Shown here piece by piece: positions 33,668 to 41,619 of a stretch of 45,338 nt of DNA (positions are counted from its first letter, which is position 1; each line of letters begins with the position of its first letter). Below the pieces are notes generated by a model. It was not told the DNA's origin and made no database searches. It worked only from the letters and a program-made list of their open reading frames with translations. The translations under genes and the position numbers were made by a program. The stretch comes from an uncultured Gammaproteobacteria bacterium (GTDB taxonomy: Bacteria > Patescibacteriota > Patescibacteriia > Buchananbacterales > GWA2-38-13), in assembly GCA_964373925.1 (NCBI GenBank), contig CAYJWS010000001.1:1-45338 (forward strand). Direction: 5' to 3'.

Positions 33668-36493
33668 TTACGAAGGATACGCGTCGCATCCCAAATCATC
33701 AGGCGTTGGATCCGAACCAACATTCTTTGTTCCAGGCGCTGGCGGTTCTGCTCCTCCTTGCGTAAACCACGTAGAAAAGTATATCCAATCCGATATATTT
33801 ACCTTGCCGTCATCATTTACGTCCGCCGCGTCAAGGCAAGAGAGTGGCTTTGCGTGGTTAAGATAATCCGAAAATGCCACTATGTCGGTTATATTAAGAG
33901 TGCCATCGCTATTGATATCGCCTCTGCGGAACAACTTTGGAGTGGAAACGCTCTTTGTCTGCGTTTTTGGATATTCGGCGCAACCAAGAGTGTCTTCCGT
34001 TGGATCAACTCCCGGAGTTGTGGGGCCTGGCAATGCCAGCGCGTCTCCGCTTCCATTAAACCATGCCATAAAGTTTACCCAGTCAGAAAGATCAACCGCG
34101 CCATCATCATTGGTATCGGCCGCGTCAAGGCAAGAAAGTTTTTCGCCTTTATTAATATAATTCGCAAAAGCCGATACATCGCTTATGTCTATGGCGCCGT
34201 CGCTGTTGATATCGCCTCTGCGGAATAATACCTGGGGTATGGTTATGGTAGCCGGATCGCCAAATGTGCTTACATAACTATTATAATCGCGGCTTTTTTT
34301 CCAAACCGGATATTCAAGGCTCGGATGTATTGCGCCAATTCTTGGACCATTCGCTATTACATCTTTTATGGCTCGAAGAGGATATTCGCCATAACAATAC
34401 GCATCAGACAATGATCGACTAACTTTATTTGCAATTGATAATCCAAAATTCTTTTCAAGATGCAATTTTAAATCTGCAATGCAAATCCTATCTTCGGTCA
34501 AAACTTTTCGAGCAATACCATAGGGGAATCGAATAGTTCTGCTGCTGAATGAAACTGGTTTTGGCTTTGCTTTATTGGTTGCAGGATATTTCTTGCATCC
34601 AAGCGTATCTTGCGTTGGATCTTCTCCGGCAATATTCGGCCCAGGCGCGGGAGGTTCTGCTCCGCCCCGGCTGTACCAGGCGCTTAAATATATAAAGTCA
34701 GATAAATCAATTGCTCCATCATCATTCACGTCAGCGGCGTCCAGGCAGCTTATTGATCGTGAAAAATTTATATAATCTGACATTACTATAAGATCTGAAA
34801 GGTCTACGGAACCATCGTTATTAACATCGCCTCGGCGGAATACTGCCGCCACAGAACGCTGCGGAATAATAACTGGACTAGCGCTCACCGATGGGCTTGG
34901 TGATACAGAAGGGTTGGGCACTGGCGAACTGGTTGGCGAAGCAGTTGCCGAAGGAGAAGCGCTTGGGCTCGGAGTTGGGTTTATGATTCCTGAATATGAA
35001 CTAGCTGTCACATCTGACCATGATCCACCGGCAATAGTACCGATAACGATAGATACACCCACATTGCCAATAGATGAATACTTATAAATCTGGTTCGGTG
35101 AGCTTGGTCTTAACCAAGGAGTCTTGGTAACAAATATATTATTAGAATCGTAAATGTTAAAACGTATTTCACCAAAAGCAAAATTGTCGGTTCCAGGTGC
35201 ACCATAGTTATTGTAAGCTAAATCTGCAACAACAATCCTGCCACCATTGTTAATAATAATAGTATCCCATTGAACTACGCGATATGTTCCATCGCCACGA
35301 AAAACTTTATTTGAGGATGGGGACGAGCTTGAAGATGGCGTAGGTGAGGTACTTGGACTTGGTGATACCGATGGGCTTGTCGCCGGAGTAGGCGTTGGCG
35401 TTACAGTTGGACTCGGGCTCGGAGAAGCCTGTGGCTGAAGCGTAGCAAAAGAATTAACTCCGCTAATCGCCCTGTTACTTAAAGTAATCCATGAGTCTAC
35501 TTTATAATAATACTTTGTATTTGGCTGTAAACCAGTAAGACGAATAAAATGCGATGAACGATAATCTCCTGCCTCTTGGATATAAGAAGATCCTGACGGA
35601 ACCGATGCGTCCGTGCTGTATGTTATATAGCCAGAACTAGGATAATTGCTATTCCATACAATTGATGCTGAATTTGAAGTAATTGAAGAAACGCCAATAT
35701 TAGACAGCGACACAGGCCCATAATCTACGTTATAATCTCTGCATTGTAAAGAATCTGGGGTGTCATCCGTACCATTAGAGAATGCCCCAGGTGCCGAGGG
35801 TGCCGCTCCACCATTAAAAAGAAAATTTAAAATATACTCTTGATCTTTTGCGTCTATTGTCCCGTCATCATTGGCGTCGGCGGCATCAAGGCAAGAAAGC
35901 AAGGCTCCTTGATTTAAGTAATTCTTAATGGCGCTGGGATCGGATACATCTACTTTTCCATCTTGATTCGCGTCTCCGCGTTTAAACCCCGCGCTTAATG
36001 TTCTAAGGGTACTGTCTGGACTATTTACGGCTTTTGCATTAATGTCAGATTCATTTCTACTTGAAACGTTAAAATGATATAAAGTATTTGGTTTCAAGTT
36101 GTTGACATAAACCAAGTGCGAAATTACGCTTTTTTCACCTTCCATTGCGTTGCCATAACTTGTATTTTCTCCATAATTTACATAGCTATTTGATGCCACA
36201 TTAGTACTCCATGAAATAATTGCTTTTGTCGCTGAAATTTGAGTGACCTTAATATTTGATATCGCAAGACCCAAAACAGGCGTATCTGCCGTGCTGCTTG
36301 GGCTTGGTGAAACCGATGAAGTGGTTTCAGATGGTGTATGGCTTACAGATATGGAATATCCGCTTCCTGCGACTCCAGAATTCTTTGCGCTGACAATATG
36401 CAGTGTTAACGCAAAAAATACTATTCCAAAAGCAGTGATTGCAAGAGGAATATACGAGTATAGAGCAGAGCCTTTTTTGTTATTTTGTAACAT
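33668..36493 (-). CDS. secreted multidomain protein with two FN3-like domains, P/S/T linkers and four dockerin-like calcium-binding modules
   Basis: 941-aa ORF; N-terminal hydrophobic leader; FN3-like segments (ISWSTNV..YG..Y, IVWNSNY..Y..Y); four ~85-aa modules F(K/R)RGD.N.DG..(D/N).(S/T)D...SCLDAAD.NDDG..D..D, the last three ending (L/A)PGP..DPT.D.LGC..YP. Confidence 0.85.
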   Translation of the reverse strand: MLQNNKKGSALYSYIPLAITAFGIVFFALTLHIVSAKNSGVAGSGYSISVSHTPSETTSSVSPSPSSTADTPVLGLAISNIKVTQISATKAIISWSTNVASNSYVNYGENTSYGNAMEGEKSVISHLVYVNNLKPNTLYHFNVSSRNESDINAKAVNSPDSTLRTLSAGFKRGDANQDGKVDVSDPSAIKNYLNQGALLSCLDAADANDDGTIDAKDQEYILNFLFNGGAAPSAPGAFSNGTDDTPDSLQCRDYNVDYGPVSLSNIGVSSITSNSASIVWNSNYPSSGYITYSTDASVPSGSSYIQEAGDYRSSHFIRLTGLQPNTKYYYKVDSWITLSNRAISGVNSFATLQPQASPSPSPTVTPTPTPATSPSVSPSPSTSPTPSSSSSPSSNKVFRGDGTYRVVQWDTIIINNGGRIVVADLAYNNYGAPGTDNFAFGEIRFNIYDSNNIFVTKTPWLRPSSPNQIYKYSSIGNVGVSIVIGTIAGGSWSDVTASSYSGIINPTPSPSASPSATASPTSSPVPNPSVSPSPSVSASPVIIPQRSVAAVFRRGDVNNDGSVDLSDLIVMSDYINFSRSISCLDAADVNDDGAIDLSDFIYLSAWYSRGGAEPPAPGPNIAGEDPTQDTLGCKKYPATNKAKPKPVSFSSRTIRFPYGIARKVLTEDRICIADLKLHLEKNFGLSIANKVSRSLSDAYCYGEYPLRAIKDVIANGPRIGAIHPSLEYPVWKKSRDYNSYVSTFGDPATITIPQVLFRRGDINSDGAIDISDVSAFANYINKGEKLSCLDAADTNDDGAVDLSDWVNFMAWFNGSGDALALPGPTTPGVDPTEDTLGCAEYPKTQTKSVSTPKLFRRGDINSDGTLNITDIVAFSDYLNHAKPLSCLDAADVNDDGKVNISDWIYFSTWFTQGGAEPPAPGTKNVGSDPTPDDLGCDAYPS

Positions 36494-36576
36494 AAATATA
36501 ACCTTTAATTATTAATTAATTTATTATGATTATACTATAGCATAAATTATAAAATTTTTCAAATATTATCCACAAT

Positions 36577-36607
36577 AAAACCGGATTTCTTGCGAAAATC
36601 CGGTTTT
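36577..36607 (-). terminator. terminator after the 1462-aa gene and small ORF (bidirectional shape)
   Basis: perfect 12-bp stem AAAACCGGATTT/AAATCCGGTTTT with a 7-nt loop. Confidence 0.8.
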
Positions 36608-36637
36608 ATGAATTTCCATGGAATTATTCAATGGAAA

Positions 36638-36784
36638 TTACGATAAACGGGATAGTGCGTTGGTTGCAGAGATTATCTGCAATGAAAACACAAAGTATGA
36701 CATGAAAATGAGGCATGTTGCAAATGCTGAATAGATTTGCACATACACTCTTTCTTGCACCGCATTGTTTTTTTCTTGCGCCAT
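36638..36784 (-). CDS. 48-aa ORF that is a paralogue of the giant protein N-terminal leader (orphan leader copy A)
   Basis: my translation: MAQEKNNAVQERVYVQIYSAFATCLIFMSYFVFSLQIISATNALSRLS; 13 of 30 identical to HIYLHAYTAFATTIVIVAFFVFAMQIASAS of the 1462-aa protein; below the ORF-track size cutoff; may be a gene remnant rather than a gene. Confidence 0.35.
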   Translation of the reverse strand: MAQEKNNAVQERVYVQIYSAFATCLIFMSYFVFSLQIISATNALSRLS

Positions 36785-36851
36785 AAGTTTATTGTGTTAT
36801 GTATTAGTTTTTGTTTTTGTTTTATCTCCAAGGCAACTTCCTTTAGAGTTT

Positions 36852-39800
36852 TTATTCACCAATTGTTAATGGAGTTGAGGTGGATGTCACGCCAAGCCCT
36901 GCCACAAGATACCCGTTAAACCACTGTTTGGTTGTTAAACCCGTGCCCGTAGTTGTTTCCGTTATATTAAGGTCTGACCAAACAAAATTTCCTTGATTAA
37001 GTATTTTATATGCAAATGCGCTTTCTCCTGGCGTAGTAGACGCTGTATCTCCAAGCAAGCTCGTTGATACGGTATCGGCATTTGTTGTCAGGGTGGCCGT
37101 GGCAATAAAATCAATTGTAGCGGTAGCGCCATTGGCAATACTCAATAAACTTTTACCATGCGACTGCGTTGAATCAATTGCCATGTTCCAAATCTTAACA
37201 CCAGATACAACATCAGATCCCACGGCTACTGTTGTCGCAAGTTGGCTTCCATCCATAATTCCGCCGCAACCGCCTCCGCATGATACAAGCCTTGTATAAC
37301 CATTCGCCAAGTTAACATTTACTGAAGTCGTTGTTACATACGATAAACGATAGATACCAATATTTCCTCCCACTGCCGTAATTTTTGCTTCATGCAACAC
37401 TGACATTGCTGAAAGCTTGTTTATGGGAGTAACCATAACTATCTGTGGAACGGATTTATGTAAAATAACAGCGGATCCAGTTGTATCATTAAGCGATACC
37501 GGAATCAAAGCTGCTGAAAGATTACCCATAGCCGTAAACCCATCCGGACCTCTGCCGCCTAAGCCCATTACAATGTCAGCGCTTTCAGTTCCGGGTAAGT
37601 TGCTTCCTATTGAAACAATATCCGCGAGAACGCTCAATTTTTTTCCAATATTGCCTTCTGGAATGGTTACGTCGCCTCTTACAAGATTAATAGTAAGATT
37701 CGCCGTACCCATATTATAACCAAATGGAGATCCGACAATATTGCCATCAAGCTTGAGGTAAACTTTGGAAATCTGCGTATAATCGCCAACTGCCGAATTA
37801 ATTTGCGCGTCTGCGACCGTAACAGTAAGCTTTGTGATATCAATAGATTCGTTAGTTGCCTTTAATCTGATATCGGTAAGCGGAACCGCGCTGCTTCCGG
37901 AAACCACAAGCCGCTTGGACAAAGCCGAAGCATCAAGTCCCGCGCTAGTATTTCCTGTTCCTGGAGTGCCTCCTTCGGCAATTGTTATTGGCGTACTTGT
38001 CGCAGTCGAACCTAATCCTGAAACAAGATAGCCATTAAACCACTGGGGACTTGTAAGGCCGCCAGATGTGGTGACTTCAGTATTCCTAAAATCTGACCAG
38101 ACAAAGTCGCCTTGATTATTAAGGGTAAACGCATATGCTGGCGCGCCTGTCAAATTGTCGGTCATGGTAGATGCGGTATCGCCAAGCAAGCTCGTTGATA
38201 CGGTATCGGCATTTGTTGTCAGGGTGGCCGTGGCAATAAAATCAATTGTAGCGGTAGCGCCATTGGCAATACTCAATAAACTTTTACCATGCGACTGCGT
38301 TGAATCAATTGCCATGTTCCAAATCTTAACACCAGATACAACATCAGATCCCACGGCTACTGTTGTCGCAAGTTGGCTTCCATCCATAATTCCGCCGCAA
38401 CCGCCTCCGCATGATACAAGCCTTGTATAGGCATTAGTCAGACCAACGCCTGAAGAAACCGCTGTAGTATAAGATAAACGAAATACACCAATGTTTCCTC
38501 CCACTGCCGTGATTTTTGCTTCATGGAGAATCGATGTAGTCCCAAGAGTGTTTGTGGGAGTAACCAAAACTATCTGTGGAACCGCCTTGTGGAGAATGAC
38601 TGCTGTGCCAGTTGAATCATTGTAGTTCTTGTTTGCGTTTGTAACTATTGCGTTTGAACCATTGCCTACGGCAATAAAACCATTCTTGCCATTTAATCCT
38701 ACTTTAATATCAGCATTATCTGTCCCTGCTTCGTTCGTTCCAATTTTCACGAGGTCAGCAAGAACTTCCAGTTTCTTTCCAACAGTACCCATTGGAATAG
38801 TCAAATCGCCTCTTCCAAGAGTAATAGTCATGTTTGAGGCGCCTATGTTATAACCGGAAGAATTTCCTACTACATTGCCGTCAAGCTTAAGATAAAACTT
38901 AGAAATTTGCGTATAGTTTCCTACACCAGTTCCCTTAAGTCCTCCGTCAGCTACCCTTACAATAAACTGTGTGATATCTATATCTTCATTGGTTGCTTGT
39001 AATCTAGCCGCAGTCATTGGCACCATGGATGAACCAGCTACAACGAGCCGTGCCGGCAGAACTGAAGAATCTAGGTTAATATTTAAAGTGCCAGCTCCTT
39101 GAGTTGGGTCTATAATTTTTACTTCTGGAGCCGTAACTTCACCTTCTGGCATGGCAATGATCTTTTCCACAGAATCAATGCCATATACAACAAGTTCATT
39201 AGGCACTAAAAATGTTGAAAGACTGTTTCCTACAATCCAAAAATCTAAATCACCATATATAGAAAAAGTATGTTCACCGACAGGAAGAACCACGTATTCT
39301 GTAAAAATAACTATTCTCGTTTTATCTGATAATCGATACGAAGAATTTTTTGGACCCATAATAACTTGACCCGATTCATCCCTTACTACAATATGCCTAA
39401 TGAGATCTGCCACATCGGGCGCAGGATGATTTAATCTAAAATGCACATCAAACATTGAAATGCTTACTGGCTCATTTTTTACAGTAAATTTAAATTTTCC
39501 AAGTAATACATTATCTGTCTTTTTTTGAGCTGTACCTGCTGAATCCAAGGGTTCAATATTAAGAGTTCCAATATCGCCCGAGTAAGGATAGGTTTCACAG
39601 CCCAAAGAATCTGGTGTTGGATCATAACCCGCAGTAAACGCGCCTGGACTAGGCAACTCTTGCACTGTGCCCAGACTATACCACGATGAAATATATATGG
39701 CGTCGGATAAATCTATTGCTCCGTCGTCATTGGCATCGGCGGCGTCTTCACATTGCATTTTTTTTGTAGAAGTAAAAATTTCCGTAATTCTTACCATATC

Positions 39801-41240
39801 GCTTATATCAACTTTTCCGTCAATGTTGGCATCGCCTCTTCGAAATTTCTTTTCTTGCGGAGATACCACTTTTAATAATTGAGATGTGCCTGCTCCTCCG
39901 CCTTGGGCATTTTGTATATTTTCATCATTGCCCACCGCTCTTTTTGTCCAAGCGGAAGCAGGTATAGAAGCGTGAACCAAGGATGAATCTTTAAGTGACG
40001 CAAGGATATTTGAATCATTATAGCCGCCGTAGCAAGATGCTTTTTTGGCAAAATCAAGAAATGATTTTTTTACGGTTTTCTTTCCTTTGAGCACATTAAA
40101 TCTTTTGACAAAATCATTATAACAAGCTCGCTCTGATTTTATTTCCATCCGCGGTTTGCCGTACGCATAAAACGCAATACTTGCAGAAGGCGCGGGATCT
40201 TTTGGATCATGGCCGGTACTTGCTTCTTGACCATCAGAAAATCCATCTCCGTCAGTATCGGTATTAAGAGGATCTGTTTTAAATACATTTTTTTCATCAA
40301 AATCATTAACGCCATCTTTATCCGTATCAATAAATGACAAAACATTTACGTTTAGTGGCTTTTGTTTTATTTGGACAGTAGGAGATACTAACTTTTTTTC
40401 TAGTGGATACTTCTCGCATCCCAGGTTATCTTTAGTAGGATCAATACCTGCAACCCTTGAACCGGGCGATGGCAATAATCTGTCTCCTCCATAACTTATA
40501 TAGGAAGAAAGGTTTACAAGATCCGATATGTCAATGCGCCCGTCATCATTAGTATCCGCAGCGTCCTTACAAATAATAGAATTTCCTGAATAGAGATAAT
40601 TGCTTAAAATTAAAATATCATTTACTGAAACAAATTCATCTCCGTCAACATCACCTCTTCGAAAACGCAAAGCTTCTTGAGTAACAGTATTATCAGGATT
40701 TGCTGGCGTTGAAATGATTGGTGATGGTGATAATTCTGGAGTTGGGGTTACTTTTGGAGTAGTTTGTGGATTTGGAGATTTTGAAACAACTGCAACTGGA
40801 TTTACTGAGGGTGTTGGTGTTGGAGATATGCGTTGTATTGGAGTAGCCGAGACTACTGGAGAGGGGGAGGGGCTTGGAGATGTCGATGGATTTGGTATTG
40901 GAGATGAAACTGGAGAAGGTGTAATACTTGCGCTTGGGGAAGGGCTTACGGAAGATGAGGAAGAAGGCGATGGAGTGGCGCTAGCACTCGACGTAACAGT
41001 CGTACTTGGGGATGGAGTTGTCGTAGATGGAGGGGTTGGCGAAGCAGAATACGCGACCCCCAAGATTCTTGGGTCATTAGTAATTTTTGTTGAAGCCGAG
41101 GCAATTTGCATCGCAAAGACAAAAAAAGCCACAATAACAATTGTGGTGGCAAACGCCGTATACGCGTGCAAGTAGATGTGTTCGTGAAAATGAGCATACC
41201 ATCCTTTTTTGTTTACATTTTTTGTTTGGGCGTTTTCCAC
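36852..41240 (-). CDS. giant secreted protein: leader, P/S/T linker, two dockerin-like modules, TSP3-like repeat, and two ~377-aa tandem repeats with a CGGGCGG motif
   Basis: 1462-aa ORF; FRRGDVDGDEFVSVND..CKDAADTNDDGRIDISD and FRRGDANIDGKVDISD..CEDAADANDDGAIDLSD; DTDKDGVNDFDE..DTDGDGFSDGQE; C-terminal half is a 1131-bp tandem duplication. Confidence 0.85.
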   Translation of the reverse strand: MENAQTKNVNKKGWYAHFHEHIYLHAYTAFATTIVIVAFFVFAMQIASASTKITNDPRILGVAYSASPTPPSTTTPSPSTTVTSSASATPSPSSSSSVSPSPSASITPSPVSSPIPNPSTSPSPSPSPVVSATPIQRISPTPTPSVNPVAVVSKSPNPQTTPKVTPTPELSPSPIISTPANPDNTVTQEALRFRRGDVDGDEFVSVNDILILSNYLYSGNSIICKDAADTNDDGRIDISDLVNLSSYISYGGDRLLPSPGSRVAGIDPTKDNLGCEKYPLEKKLVSPTVQIKQKPLNVNVLSFIDTDKDGVNDFDEKNVFKTDPLNTDTDGDGFSDGQEASTGHDPKDPAPSASIAFYAYGKPRMEIKSERACYNDFVKRFNVLKGKKTVKKSFLDFAKKASCYGGYNDSNILASLKDSSLVHASIPASAWTKRAVGNDENIQNAQGGGAGTSQLLKVVSPQEKKFRRGDANIDGKVDISDMVRITEIFTSTKKMQCEDAADANDDGAIDLSDAIYISSWYSLGTVQELPSPGAFTAGYDPTPDSLGCETYPYSGDIGTLNIEPLDSAGTAQKKTDNVLLGKFKFTVKNEPVSISMFDVHFRLNHPAPDVADLIRHIVVRDESGQVIMGPKNSSYRLSDKTRIVIFTEYVVLPVGEHTFSIYGDLDFWIVGNSLSTFLVPNELVVYGIDSVEKIIAMPEGEVTAPEVKIIDPTQGAGTLNINLDSSVLPARLVVAGSSMVPMTAARLQATNEDIDITQFIVRVADGGLKGTGVGNYTQISKFYLKLDGNVVGNSSGYNIGASNMTITLGRGDLTIPMGTVGKKLEVLADLVKIGTNEAGTDNADIKVGLNGKNGFIAVGNGSNAIVTNANKNYNDSTGTAVILHKAVPQIVLVTPTNTLGTTSILHEAKITAVGGNIGVFRLSYTTAVSSGVGLTNAYTRLVSCGGGCGGIMDGSQLATTVAVGSDVVSGVKIWNMAIDSTQSHGKSLLSIANGATATIDFIATATLTTNADTVSTSLLGDTASTMTDNLTGAPAYAFTLNNQGDFVWSDFRNTEVTTSGGLTSPQWFNGYLVSGLGSTATSTPITIAEGGTPGTGNTSAGLDASALSKRLVVSGSSAVPLTDIRLKATNESIDITKLTVTVADAQINSAVGDYTQISKVYLKLDGNIVGSPFGYNMGTANLTINLVRGDVTIPEGNIGKKLSVLADIVSIGSNLPGTESADIVMGLGGRGPDGFTAMGNLSAALIPVSLNDTTGSAVILHKSVPQIVMVTPINKLSAMSVLHEAKITAVGGNIGIYRLSYVTTTSVNVNLANGYTRLVSCGGGCGGIMDGSQLATTVAVGSDVVSGVKIWNMAIDSTQSHGKSLLSIANGATATIDFIATATLTTNADTVSTSLLGDTASTTPGESAFAYKILNQGNFVWSDLNITETTTGTGLTTKQWFNGYLVAGLGVTSTSTPLTIGE
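37051..37298. repeat. 248-bp segment 100% identical to 38182-38429 (copy in the distal tandem unit)
   Basis: base-by-base comparison of the two stretches at an offset of exactly 1131 bp (377 codons); flanks diverge immediately (37050 T vs 38181 G; 37299 A vs 38430 G). Confidence 0.9.
38182..38429. repeat. 248-bp segment 100% identical to 37051-37298 (copy in the proximal tandem unit)
   Basis: same as above; encodes TRLVSCGGGCGGIMDGSQLATTVAVGSDVVSGVKIWNMAIDSTQSHGKSLLSIANGATATIDFIATATLTTNADTVSTSLLG. Confidence 0.9.
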
Positions 41241-41277
41241 ATTTTTATTTTTATTTTTTTTAAATTGTAATACTATT

Positions 41278-41418
41278 TTATGAAATAAGCTGGGCTGCCC
41301 TCACTATCTGGCTGGCAAATATAAAATGCGCTCCGATGAGCAAGGAAGTAGCGGTCACAGAATACAAGTGCACAAAAAAATAATCATATCTTTTTGGTTT
41401 TCTGAAAATAATGCGCAT
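41278..41418 (-). CDS. 46-aa ORF that is a paralogue of the giant protein N-terminal leader (orphan leader copy B)
   Basis: from internal Met of ORF 41278..41535: MRIIFRKPKRYDYFFVHLYSVTATSLLIGAHFIFASQIVRAAQLIS; 12 of 30 identical to the leader of the 1462-aa protein; ends 37 nt before that gene's start. Confidence 0.3.
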   Translation of the reverse strand: MRIIFRKPKRYDYFFVHLYSVTATSLLIGAHFIFASQIVRAAQLIS

Positions 41419-41619
41419 ATATTTGATTTTGGTCATTAATTGCGGGCAAATAAAAAAGCCCCTTGATATATAGAAACATCTATTTTGGGGCGCTGATATT
41501 AGTATAGCATATCTTATGGAACTTGTAAAGCCCAAATCGCGATTTTTAATCTCAGCAAGATAAAAAAATGCATTTTTCTTTCCTGCTTTTTTCTGATAAA
41601 ATATGTTTAATGAAACTTT

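Noticed and set aside
33905-33935. RGD tripeptides (FRRGD) as integrin-type cell-adhesion motifs
   Set aside because: The RGD is the start of each dockerin-like calcium loop (D.N.DG..D) and recurs for that structural reason. There is no independent support for an adhesion motif.
33602-34228. 208-aa Arg/Ile-rich ORF on the plus strand
   Set aside because: It is entirely antisense to the dockerin-module region of the 941-aa gene. Its internal repetition simply mirrors the repeated dockerin modules.
36852-39120. Diversity-generating retroelement (template/variable repeat pair) as an explanation for the repeated segment in the giant gene
   Set aside because: The two copies are 100% identical rather than differing at adenines. 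They lie in frame within tandem protein repeats, and no reverse transcriptase or accessory gene is in the window.
40714-41175. 153-aa Gly/Glu/Val-rich ORF on the plus strand
   Set aside because: It is the antisense reading of the Pro/Ser/Thr linker of the 1462-aa gene, a low-complexity artefact.
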